Assembly: GCF_009914755.1 (NCBI RefSeq)
Contig: NC_060928.1
Length of the DNA: 64,000 nucleotides
Reading direction: 5' to 3' (one strand)
Origin: the human T2T-CHM13v2.0 reference genome, Homo sapiens
In this document: one piece after another, positions 51,161 through 64,000 of the stretch
How the letters are laid out: every line of letters begins with the position of its first letter
Numbering within the stretch: position 1 is the first letter of the stretch
Program-made: the position numbers and the translations under genes
The notes under the pieces: generated by a model
The model's database searches: none
Told to the model about the DNA's origin: nothing
What the model saw: only the letters and a program-made list of their open reading frames with translations

Positions 51161-52814
51161 TGATATATATAGGTGATCAGCAAATGTACAATTTTATAAC
51201 CTAGTTTTAAGAATGTTTTATTATAGTCATGTATAAAAATTATTAACATATAGTAACTCACTTGGCATATTGAGAAGTAAGTATAATAAAGAATCTTAAA
51301 GCATGGGCCATATCTCAAAGAATCATAAACCAAAATTAATATAATTGAGCATGCAATTAGTCCTTTATGCTAAAACTATGAAAAATGTTTTTCATATATG
51401 AGGTTCTTTGAAAAGGTATTTACACTTAAGACTATTTGGAAAGAAGCTTAAAGAGAAATATGATACAAATAGTCTGCACTAGGCTGTCTTGAACTTCTTG
51501 CACATTTAATTTAATTCAACAGACATGTATTGAATATCTGCTATGTAAAGTTCTGTGTTACTTGCTAAGAGGGATACTAAGATATGTTAAAAAAAAAAAA
51601 AAGCTGTTTCCCTCAAGGAGGACAAACAAGGACTCATCTAACTATACAACAAGGTAATAGTTAACTACGTCATCAAAGTGTGGTGCAGAAATATAACTGT
51701 ATCATATATGAGATAATGCTTTAACCTGTTTGGAAGTATTTATACAGCATATATAAGGGGGAACATCATCACTGGCCTATCAGTAATGGCCAGAGACAAT
51801 ATTTTTGGTGGAAAGAACAGCTCACGAAAAGCTGAGAAAGAAAAGGATGTATTTTGCCAACAGAAAATTATCTAGATGTGCCTAGTGTTTAGGTTGTGAT
51901 AAGGGAAGGAGCGATGACAGAAGAAAACTTAAAAATCTGCTTGCAAAATGGAAATAGAGGAAGGTCACAGTGAGCCCTAAATGTCATTATTTTAAAATTT
52001 GAATGTTTAAAAATTGAGAGCCATGAACATATTTGAAAAGTGGAACAACTTTTCTAATCTGTAATTTAAAAATAATTTAGGAAGCAATGTAAGGGATATA
52101 TTAAAGTGTTGTGAGACTGTAAGAAGGGTACCCACTTTTATTACATATATCTGACTAATTTCTAAAGAGGATTTGATACAGTTTATAGAATTGAAAAATA
52201 AAGGTGAAAAAATAGGAGCCGAGTAAATAAAGACAAGAAAATAAGATGAAGCTGTAGTAAGGATGCTGCAAAACGAAACAACAACAACAAAAGCACATGG
52301 CAAGAATTCAGTATTGATAGAAGTGGCCCAGAAGATGAGCTCTGAATCTCGACAGAAGGAAATAGGAAAGATGATTACTTATAACTGAGATCTTGCTTTT
52401 TGTGTCACAGAAAAAAATAGAAGCAATCAGGACTTTCTCTAATATATCTCTAGCAGCCTCCCCGTGTGAATTCCCATATGCTCTGCCATCTTACTACAGA
52501 TGAACTGTCCATGCTCTTCTATAAATCCAACTCCTCCATTTGTGCTTTAGCTTCAATCTCCTTATCTACTCAACAATGTTCCTCTAGCAATCTCCATTCT
52601 CTCCTGCATTTCCAGTTTTCCCTGTTGAATCATTTCTGTCAGCATAAAAATATGTTGAGTTTTTTTAATCTTTAAGAAACAAACAAAGCAAACAACCTAA
52701 AGAGAAGTCCTTTGATTCAGCTTCCTTCTCCTTGTACTACGCTACCCATTCATTGTGAGAAAATGCAAATCAAAACTGCAGTGAGGAAAAACAAAAAACA
52801 AAAAACTGCAGTGA

Positions 52815-53114
52815 GGCCAAGTGAGGTGGTTCTCGCCTATAATCCCAGCACACCGGGAAGCCAAGGCGGGAGGATCTCTTGAGGTCAGGAGTTCGAGAAC
52901 AGCCTTGACAATATAGTGAGATCCCATCTCTACAAAAATTTTAAAAGTTAGCCAGGAGTGGTTTTACATGCCTTTAGTCCCAGCTATTTGAGAAGCTGAG
53001 ACAGGAGGATCACTTGAGTGATCCAGGAGTTTGAAGCAACAGTGAGCTATGATTGCACCACCTCACTGCAGCCTGGGCAACAGAGAGAGATCCTATCAAA
53101 AAACAAACAAAACA
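52815..53114 (+). mobile_element. AluJ within an L1ME-type remnant
   Basis: Diverged Alu; TSD aaaac(t/g)gcagtga. Confidence 0.85.
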
Positions 53115-53568
53115 AAAACGGCAGTGATGCAGTGAGATTTATTGGTCAATTTTTAGATTGGCAAAACGCCAAGTCTTTGTAATACCTCTATGGAAAAGGT
53201 TTGTGAAAAACTCTTACATGTACAAAAACATGTGGAAAAACTCTTACATGTACTTCTGGTAGAAATACAAAATGGTACAACTGTTATGCAAGGGAATCTG
53301 ACAATATATATAAAAACTGCAGATGATTTACTTTCTCATCCATTATCTCAGAAAATCCATTTAAGAGAAATACTTACAAGGCTGTTTGCTGAAACATCAT
53401 TTGTAGTAGCAAAGGTTTGAAAAAAATTTTAATTCTCTATTAATAACAGATTGGTTAAATAAACAGTGCTTTAACCACTAATGGAATTCTATATACCATT
53501 TAAAAAAATAAGATCTCTAAGCATTGATATGGAAATACCTATTGATAAGTTAAAAATGCAAGGTGCCT

Positions 53569-53853
53569 GCCAGGCGCAGTGGGTCACGCCTATAATCCCA
53601 GCACTTTGGGAGGCTAAGGCGGACAGATTACCTGAGGTCAGGAATTCAAGACGAGCCTGGCCAACATGGCAAAACCCCATCTCTACTTAAAATAGAAAAA
53701 TTAGTCAGGCATGGTGGCAGGCACCTCTAACCCCAGCTACTGGGGAGGCTGAGCCAGGAGAATTGCCGGGGGATGGAGGTTGCAGTGAGCCGAGATTGTG
53801 CCACTGCACTCCAGCCTGGGCGACAGAGCCAGACTCTGCCTCAAAAAAAAAAA
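53569..53853 (+). mobile_element. AluSx-like
   Basis: TSD gcaaggtgcct at 53558 and 53854. Confidence 0.9.
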
Positions 53854-54197
53854 GCAAGGTGCCTAGTAATTTTTAAGGTTTCTGACCTTTTATGAAAGGA
53901 GGAAATAAGAATATATATTCGTATTTGCTTGAATTTGCATCAGGAACTTTAAAAGCTAACAAAACTGATTATGCATAAAGGATGGGCTGGGGAATTAGGA
54001 AAACATCTGTTGTAATAATTTCCAGTCTTGCTATCTCTTTTAAGCTCTCATATACTTTTATGGAAAATATAAAATGATGATTTTCTCAAATTGTGTATTA
54101 TATTTTCTTTGGAACAAAATAATCTGTTTTTATAGCACTTGCTTAATTTTCTATTGTATTTTATCATAAAATTATTTCTTAAAAATTCTATTCCTAG

Positions 54198-54263
54198 ATC
54201 CACATTTATTCTCTTGGAATGACACTGTATTGGGGGGCTGATTATGAAGTGCCTCAGAGCCAA
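54198..54263 (+). CDS. PTPN13: PTPN13 exon 4 (aa 99-120), not in ORF track
   Basis: ttcctag|ATC CAC ATT TAT... = IHIYSLGMTLYWGADYEVPQSQ, kinase C-lobe-like IYSLG motif; donor CAA|gtaagt; 66 nt. Confidence 0.95.
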
Positions 54264-56492
54264 GTAAGTTAAGTTTTTACAGTTGTTATACTTTTTACAT
54301 ATGTTCAATTTTACACCTTATATCATAGCTCTTCCACACGTTTATACGTGTTCTACAGCATGCTGTCAGGTGTACCAACATTCCTATGGAGTTTGTTTAC
54401 ATTAATAATGTCATACTTTCAGGATGAACTTTCAGTAAAGTACTAAAGACACTATTTTTAAGGTATTCCTAGAATTGTAGCAATCACTACCCAGGTTTCA
54501 ACAACTCAGTCTGTGAGATGGACCTGGCCTCTTCAAAAATTATAGCAAGATAAATGAGCGTGTACTTTATTTTATCTAATGTAGTGACTGTTAAGAGGGA
54601 TTGAAAATCTCTTGTCTTTGATGATTCATTCTACTGAATGTAATAGCTTTTTTGATGCAAAAACTCTAGGAATAGTAGCCCTATGTCTCAGAGTGTTGTA
54701 TTAGAGAATGTCATAGCTTTTTCTCTTGGCACTTCAAATCGTACATCATACTTCACGACCCCTGTAACAGCAGACACAGGTATTAAAGTAACACTTGCTG
54801 AGGTCTTGGGCCCTGTTTGCCATTGGGCTGCTTCTAGTCATTATTTTCTAAAATAATTCTGATTCTTAATGACCAATATAAACATAGTAGTAAATAGTAA
54901 TTGAAAATTTAAAAATAGCTATATTTCATCAAGGCAAGATATAACATATAGAATTAGGTTTTATTTTAGGCATTTATAAGTCAAAACCAAAAATAACTAG
55001 GTGTGGTTTTTTCTTATTAAATAAAAGGAAGTAACAAGCATTTTAGCCTTTTATTCTAAAATACAAACATCTTAAGATCCATAAAAGATAAATAATATTC
55101 TTCACTTTGTTTGGTTTTATTTTATATCATGAAAAATAATGTATATTTTCTTTTTCTCTTCAGTTTCAATTCTGTAAATATAAATGAGAAAGTTAAAATA
55201 TTACTGGAAATATTGGTGTCATATATTATGCAACCTAACTTGTAAAATGTGATCACAGTCTATAACACTTTATGTTCTTTTCTGATAACTGGAAATAAAG
55301 TCAATATCAAATATAAATAGAGAGTCAATATCAATAAATATAAATTAGAGGGGAAATATAAACTTGTATTTTAGGATCAGAAATCAGGATATTTTGGAAA
55401 TATTTAATATTAATTTAAAAGTATTTATTAAGTACCTACCTTGTGTCAGATACTGTTAGACACTAGGACTATAGTGACGCTTGCCTATGGAGTTTTTTGG
55501 AAGGAACAGACAGCTAAACGGCCAACTGCAACATAATGCAATAAATGCTATGTTAGGGAAAATAGAGGATGCTATGGAAAACAGAGTTGGGACTTCTGGT
55601 TAGGCTTGGAGGGTCAGGACAGATTTCTTAAAGGACATTGCATCTAAGCTAACACCTAAAGGATGATATATTAATAATACCCAAATGGATAAGAAGTGGA
55701 AGAGTCATAGGAAAGGCATTTGTTTAGACCAAAGTGGATATACCAGTTTAAACTCCCGTCAGCTTGGATGTGAGTTTTAATTGCTCCACTCCTTACCAAT
55801 TCTTGTATTGTTAGTATTTTTATTTTTCACTATTTTATTGGGTGTGTAGTGGCTTCTTCTTGTAGTGGTTTTAATTTATATTTCTTAGTGAATAATGACA
55901 TTGGCCACCCTTTCATATGCTCTTTGGCCATTCAGATATAATATTCTACAAAATACGTTAACTAATAAAAAAAAAACCCTCACATTCTGGCTTGTCTGTT
56001 TGACCAACATAATGATAATTTATATTTAAATGGTCTTGAAGCATTGCAATATTTTAAATCTTCTTTAAGTTATCATGGGAGTATCTAATTATATTTATAC
56101 ACATTGAATGTATTACATTTTATATAATATTAGGAAACAGTTTATTCCCCCAAATGGTGTGTATGTTTGTGTGTGCGTGTGTACATGTAGTAACTGTTTA
56201 TCAAAACATTTGAATAAGCCAAGAATTTCACTACTTTACTTTATATTTAAAAATGCCCAGAGTTTTTCTGTACTTCCTTTCTAGGGAAGTATAAGTTAAC
56301 TATCTTCTGCTAATATATTTTTAAAAAAGGTAAAACACAGTAAAATGCTTATGCTGATAAAAAGGAATTTATTTCCTCCAAGTATGTGAAGTGTGTTTTA
56401 GTGTGGTTCCTGTGATTCCTAGAATGATTTGTCTCATTAGAAAAAATATTTGCTCACATTTACTCACTGGCTTTTCCTTTATTTATATTCAG

Positions 56493-56678
56493 CCTATTAA
56501 GCTTGGAGATCATCTCAACAGCATACTGCTTGGAATGTGTGAGGATGTTATTTACGCTCGAGTTTCTGTTCGGACTGTGCTGGATGCTTGCAGTGCCCAC
56601 ATTAGGAATAGCAATTGTGCACCCTCATTTTCCTACGTGAAACACTTGGTAAAACTGGTTCTGGGAAATCTTTCTGGG
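56493..56678 (+). CDS. PTPN13: PTPN13 exon 5 (aa 121-182)
   Basis: ttcag|CCT ATT AAG... = PIKLGDHLNSILLGMCEDVIYARVSVRTVLDACSAHIRNSNCAPSFSYVKHLVKLVLGNLSG; donor GGG|gtaagc; 186 nt. Confidence 0.95.
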
Positions 56679-58567
56679 GTAAGCTACAGTTACAATAGTA
56701 AATATAGTCATATTTTAAAATTTAGTAGATATCACAAAATTTTCTTTAAGGATACTATATAGGTAGCATTTTCTCAATGAAGACTAGAAATGGAAAATTG
56801 AATTTCTTCTTCTAATATAAATTGTTTATTTGAAACAATACTTAAAATTTAGAAGCTCATTGCAATAAGTCTAGATTTTGTGAGAATTATTCCCAAAAAT
56901 ATCATAGAATGATAGCATGTTTGAGCTGAAAGTGTCTCCTCTTGTTTTCTTTCTTAGATCTTTTCCCAAGGAGCTTTTAGCAAATGCTTCTATTGTGAAC
57001 ACCTAGAAAAAATGTATTAACATGAAAATGGGTTTTAGAAATATTTAAATGTACTTTCTGTTGCTTTATACCTGTTTCGTGACCACTCATTTGTCTGGAT
57101 CTTCTAGGTATTTCCCAAACCTTCTCCACTTTCCCTTCTTCTCGGAACACTGCTACCTAGTGTATCCAGGGAATCCATGCTTGTATCCCTGCCAGATTTC
57201 CCCAAGACCTGGACTCTTCTAGTTTTTCTCTTGTTTTGGATATGAAGAATCCCAAGAATAACCAATGCTATATATTACCTGAAAGTCCCACCTCTGTTCT
57301 GCATTTCTAAGGCTGTATTTTATCTTGTTTGCCCTATCTGATCTGGATCTATACTTTATCTGCTCTTATCCTTAGGGTTGTAGTCCTGGAGTGTTGGTCC
57401 CTCTTCCTTGCACAGGTTACAAATTTACCACTGCCACACAGTGTTCTTGTTGACTTCCTCAGAATTCCTCATCGGTAGGGGTTTAGTTCCCATCTTAACC
57501 AGGATGTCAGATGGCTGCCAGGAATGTATTCAAATTCTGCACAGTTTTTCAGTTGATAACAAACAGGCCCACAGATCTTCTAGACAAATGGTTTGTAAAC
57601 TCTCCCTCAAGAAACCTTTGCGGTTCTATAGTGAAGGGAAATGTAGGAAGTAGAGGCCGAATAAATGGAGTTCTTGGTTGCCCATTTTCCCTCTTTAACT
57701 AGAGCAGCTCCAGTTTTATTTGATCTGTTTATATTTCTGCGTGTGATTTTTTTGAACAAAGGTAAAGCTATTAAAAAATCTTTGAAAACCATCTGTCCAG
57801 ACCAAAGTTTCTCATATTGTTTTCAATATTTTTGTTTTAAAAATTCCTCTATGACCAAATAAGCTTGAGAAGAAACTATTTAAAGGAAATTAAATGTATT
57901 TTCACTGGAGAACTTCTTAGAACCTTTAATATACTAGACTATATTACTAACCTTCAAGAAGAATAGGCATGTAAATAAAGCATTTCCCAAACTTTCTTGG
58001 TCTTGGAGGTCTTTTTTTCAGACATTCTCATAAGACTAATATTCTTTAAAACTTCACTTTATGGATAAGGAAACTGATACCCAAACAACTATGGGATTTG
58101 AGTTTCCTATTAGACAGTCCAGGGACTTTTTTATTACACCACACTTTCTCTAAGACTTTTGTGCTGCTTGCTAATTTTACTCCTATAGTAAAATTGTGAG
58201 AGATATTTTTTTCTGTCTTTGAATGAAGAATTTTTTTTCTGTCACCATAGAAATTATATTACCTATCTAATAATTGCCCATATTACATATAAAATCTTCA
58301 TCCCTTTAAGGTTTAGCATTTAGTTCTCTTTATTATAGTGGATCTTTATTGTTCATTTATGTATGAAACCTGTGCTAGGGATTATAGAAGATACAAATTT
58401 GAATAAAATATTTGATCTAGGAGCTCTTATCTAAAATGCCATAACCATTTGCTTAATTATAAAATGAAAGAAGGCTATAAAATGATACATAGTAAAAATT
58501 TTAACAGCTATGAGAGTTTAAAGGAAAAGGATACAAATTATGACTGCATTGAAAAATAGCACTTTGA

Positions 58568-58730
58568 AGCTGAGCATGGTGATGCATGCCTTTAGTCCCA
58601 GCTACTCAGGAGGCTGAGATGGGAGGACTACTTGAGCCTGGGAGGTCGAGGCTGTAGTGAGGCATGATTGCACCACTGCAGTCCAACCTAGGCAACAGAG
58701 TAAGGCCCTACCTCAAAAAAAAAAAAAAAA
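58568..58730 (+). mobile_element. Alu right monomer (FRAM/AluJ)
   Basis: TSD aaaaatagcactt on both sides. Confidence 0.82.
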
Positions 58731-60248
58731 GTTAAAATTAAAAATAGCACTTCGAACTGTATCCTATAGGCTAGATAATCTCGGCAGAGGGAAGTGAACC
58801 TGGATAAAGGCTGTGAAATGGGAAAGCAGGAATGTTTGGGGAACAGTATGACATGGGGTGTATTGTGGGGTTATTTAATGGGAGAGAAAAATAGAAGGAT
58901 CAGTTGGAATCAGCATGTAGAGAGCCTCTCTTCACAAAGACAAATTTTTACTAAGTATAATAATGCTCCCCTTACCTTTCTATTGCTCTTCCTCATCTCC
59001 TAGACATCACTGGGTAGAAGTAACTCCAACAGCTACTGTTTTTTAAGTGTTTGTTTACTTTGTGCCAGACACTATGCTAAGGGGTTGATGTGCATTATCA
59101 CATTATTCATCATAACAACCTCAATTTAATAGAGATACTTTTATCCTCATTTTAGAGGGCATAAAACTAAGGCTAAGAAAGATTAAATAACTTGCACATA
59201 GTCACAGATACGGTAAATGATGGAGACATAATTGGAACTGGGGTGTTTTTGACCCCAGTATATTCCTTAAAGCTTTTGTTGCCTCCAGTAGCTGACAGAA
59301 TGAGTTAGTCTTTCACTGGTGTGAAATTCATTCTGAGTGACCATCATTCTTACTTAACATTAATTAGCGTGAGTAAAAGTCAGCAAGCCAGCTTACTTGT
59401 CTAGGTTTTTCCACTGATTTAATGTTATAATATTTGGACCACAATTTTACTTATCTGCAAAATAGGAATAATAATAATATGTGTCAATCATCCATATTAT
59501 TAAACTGTTGTAAAAGTAGTTATTTCCACATTAATGAGCTGCTTTGTGGTCCTTAGAAGTTTCTTTGCTATTTCTCCCTTTATTTATAATATGAGGATAA
59601 TATTGTCTACCATATGAGGTTGTTTGAGGATTAAATAGCACAAAGTGTGTGCCTAGCATATAGTAACTGTTCAATAAACAACAGTTATTAATAGTAACTA
59701 ACTTCAATGCAGGAATTTTCAAAGATGTGGGATGTTAGTAATACTGTCTTTTCAGTCACTGACAGTACAGTGTAATCTGGACTAACATCATTTATGCAAC
59801 TTAACTGATAACATGATTTCAGAAATACTTCCATTTACAAGTCTTCTTATAGGTAGAAAACATAATGCTTGAGCCTTGAATATACCACCTTAGATGGGTT
59901 TTTAATCCATACTTCAGCAAAATTCACTAATGGAGCAATATTAAAACATTTCTGTGGTATGTGCGAGTTTGTGTGTGTGTAAACAAATATGTATGCATGC
60001 TTTTGGTGCTAGATTTAAGTAATTTCTCTTCACCATTCTCTCTTCTTCCATTTATATTGACATTTCTCCTCTATTTGGCCACCTGAATAAAACAGTGGTC
60101 TGTCCAGTTTTTTATCCCTTATAGTGTGGAGTTTGACCTAATTTGACATACTTTATTTCAAGCAGATACCCTTTGCTAAAGCTATTAAACTTTAAGATTA
60201 CATTTTGTTTTAAAGGGAACTTAAAAGAGCATTGATTTAAATTTGTTA

Positions 60249-60583
<335 letters not shown>

Positions 60584-61073
60584 TTAGCATTTCACAAATG
60601 TAATTTCTGAAGGGCAAGATCTATAAAATTATTTCTGAAAGTAATTTAAATTCCTCAATTCATAGTTATAATCAAGAGAAAGCTTTATTATACCAAAATT
60701 AATGTGGTTTTTAAATTATAAACTAACTTAAGAGTAGTTAGTGGTTGGGGAAAAAAGAAGACTTCAAGTTTACTGTTTTCAAATAGAACTCATTTTAACA
60801 AGTTTAATCTGATGGTATTTTCTAGTTAGTAGGTTACTCTTCAGTCACTGCTTCTTCCCTTTTAATTTTCTGAAATGAATTGGCCAGCACTGGTCTACAT
60901 AAATCTTATCCAAGAATACAAATTACCCTACAAATACAATAGGACATAGAGTCTCATTATTTAATGTTACATCCTCCAAAAACTGTGTAACTAGTGTCAT
61001 TCTGTAAACAGTTACCATGAAAACAAAAGGGAGATCCTTTTGTCAAACTTGATTTTTTATTACCTGTGTACAG

Positions 61074-61161
61074 ACAGATCAGCTTTCCTGTAACAGTGAA
61101 CAAAAGCCTGATCGAAGCCAGGCTATTCGAGATCGATTGCGAGGAAAAGGATTACCAACAG
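61074..61161 (+). CDS. PTPN13: PTPN13 exon 6 (aa 183-211 plus 1 nt), not in ORF track
   Basis: tacag|ACA GAT CAG... = TDQLSCNSEQKPDRSQAIRDRLRGKGLPT(G); donor CAG|gtaaga; 88 nt. Confidence 0.93.
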
Positions 61162-61682
61162 GTAAGAGTATATTAATAGGAAATGTCTAGGCTTTAACCT
61201 TATCCCATTGTTTTCTTTACAAAATTATACTTACCTGGCTTTGAAATCTGGTAATTGAGACTATGATTAGAACGTAAACGTACAAACTGGAGGTAGGGAA
61301 TGGGCAGGAACACTAGCTACATTAAAAATAATTTCATTAAACTTATACAGAAAACATTATTAATATACTTAGGATTCCCAGAGTAACTTATTTCCCTTTC
61401 CAGTATTGGTATATCAATAATAATAATATTTATTTACTTTATCGTGGTATTTCATATTAAAAATACTTTTTAAAGCATGACTAAATAAACACATGTATAT
61501 GTTTATGAACATAAACACTACTGAAACAAAAGTTTCAGAAAACGTTTTTCTTACTGCACTCTGATATTTTTTATCATATTTCTTTTTTTTTTTAAATGCT
61601 AGTAATAACTCACTAAATAGATTTTATCATGGAGTTATCAAATACTACCTTAGGTCATGTGATACTTAGTAAATAAAAACTA

Positions 61683-62102
<420 letters not shown>

Positions 62103-64000
62103 TCAAACACTTGAAATAAAAGTAAATATAATTTTATGTGACAATTTATTTTTCATTGCTACTTTCAGGCATGGCTTATTTATAAAATAAACTTTTGATT
62201 TTGTTGATTATCTTTGTTCTCTTCTTATCAAGCAGTTTTGAGAATCATGATAATCTAAACATTAACAGAAATACTTTTTTAGATCTTGTCCTAGATCTTG
62301 GGGCTAGGTAGAAGTAAATGTACAGATTGCTTAAATATATTCTAACAAAATATATTCTAATTGATATAGCTTAATAAAATAGATTAAAAAGTTAAGATTT
62401 TAATTTAATCAGAGCATCAGAGAAACCTGTCTTACTTAAAACCTATGAGCAACTCTAATTGTGAAAAATAAATGTAGACCTTGACTATCTGGACCAAATG
62501 TTTTACAGAGTCAGAACTCTCATATCTGAGAGGAAGGAATGTGTAAGTTAAAGAAAAGCAGTAAAATTGTTTCTAAGGGAGTGATTTTGTAATGGTACAG
62601 TTAAGTATCTGTTTTGGTGCTTCCATTTTAATTATTGTGAATAAAGACTATCTGAAAAGATATTTTAGCTTTCATTTCATTGGTATAGTAATTTATTTCT
62701 GGTTAGATCAGAGTTTTTTTCTAATGCATATATGATTAGTTTATATATGGGCCAAAAAAATAACAGTGTGGTAACAATTTTGAAAGTATTTTTCATCCTT
62801 TCTTGCAAATATTTCCTTCCTATACTTATGTCCCCATACTGTACTTTTGTCACTTTCTTTTTGTAGGTAAAAATATGTTTATTTTTATACTATTCTAGGA
62901 TTTGAGATAGTATATAGTGTAAACTTTAGCACTAATAATAGCAGCAATTTGTTAATTGATCAAATTTGCAGTCAGTCTCCTATTTTAGAATCGAATAATA
63001 ACAAACTTATAGATGAATATCAATAGCAAGCTGAAATAATCTTTTGGGAGACATAGTGAACATTTTAATAAGTAGAACATTAGATTTAAAAGACATTTTT
63101 GTTTTTCTTACTTATCTTTTTCTATTTTCTCCCTCTCTTTCTTTGCTCTCTCCACCTCCCTCTTTCCTTTCCTCTCTCCCTCCCTCCTTTCTTATTTCTC
63201 TTTGTTATTCTTTCTCTAACCTCTTTCAGCAGTTCCCTACTATCATTTCCTACTACCATTAAGTGGCCATGTTATGTAGTTGAAGTTTATTTGCTTATGT
63301 GTTACTTCTTGATTTAGTAACTGTAATGTTGTATTATTAATTTTTGCAGACAGTGTATTTTTCTAAGAATAAAAAATATTCACATATGATTTATTTATGT
63401 ATATATGACTTCCATCCTATCTCCCTTTCCAGTGTGGGTCTGTAGAAAGAAAAAGGTGAGCCTTGCAATATTTATCAAATTGTAAGGATTATCAAATGCT
63501 AACATAATTTAGATTTTATTACTTTCAATGGTTCAGAGGCTTAATGTTTCAGAAATTAATTGTTACATATTATTTTAAAGATAGCAATTAAGAGATTATA
63601 CTGAGTCTATACCTACTTGATAACATATTTTTAATAGGTTATTTGTCATTTACATATATACGTATATTTGTTTCATAAAGGACATTCATAAAAGTTAAGC
63701 TTTCTGGACATATAGATGCTGGGGATAGGGAAAACCTATATTAAGTTCATTAGTTTTTATAGGTGTTCAGTGTATATTTGTTGACTGAACGAGAAAAGGT
63801 TTTATGGAAATACTGGATTTTGAAGTGTAATATATTTGTAGTATACTTCTTTAATAGCTCCATAAAGAAATATGTGAGACTATGGTTTATTTATTTAGCC
63901 TATGTTAAACATTAAGTTGTATGCAAAAGAAAAATAAAACATCTTGCCTCATATTATTGGACCATTTTCTTATTATAACAATAAAAACATCAGAAATTTT

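Overview
Primate (most likely human or great-ape) genomic DNA from the 5' part of PTPN13 (FAP-1/PTP-BAS), + strand. Five coding exons (2743-2857, 39857-40035, 54198-54263, 56493-56678, 61074-61161) splice in frame through GT-AG junctions and encode residues 1-211, the N-terminal KIND-domain region. Two of these exons are absent from the ORF track. The rest is intron, dense in L1, Alu, LTR, hAT, MIR and L2 remnants. The most notable object is a composite retroposon in the 37-kb intron (20984-24855, minus strand): intact L1PA 5'UTR, ORF1 and endonuclease region, then an inverted L1 segment, then ~500 nt of non-L1 sequence with AATAAA and poly(A), all inside one TSD. Its antisense promoter points in the PTPN13 direction. 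It carries an open, extended ORF0 with a GTAAGG donor in the exact phase to fuse to PTPN13 exon 3. Other signals are a predicted re-splicing donor at the exon 2/3 junction, locally templated insertions and a perfect 100-bp tandem duplication. Gene and repeat-subfamily names come from recalled sequences, not database searches; repeat boundaries are approximate unless a TSD is given.
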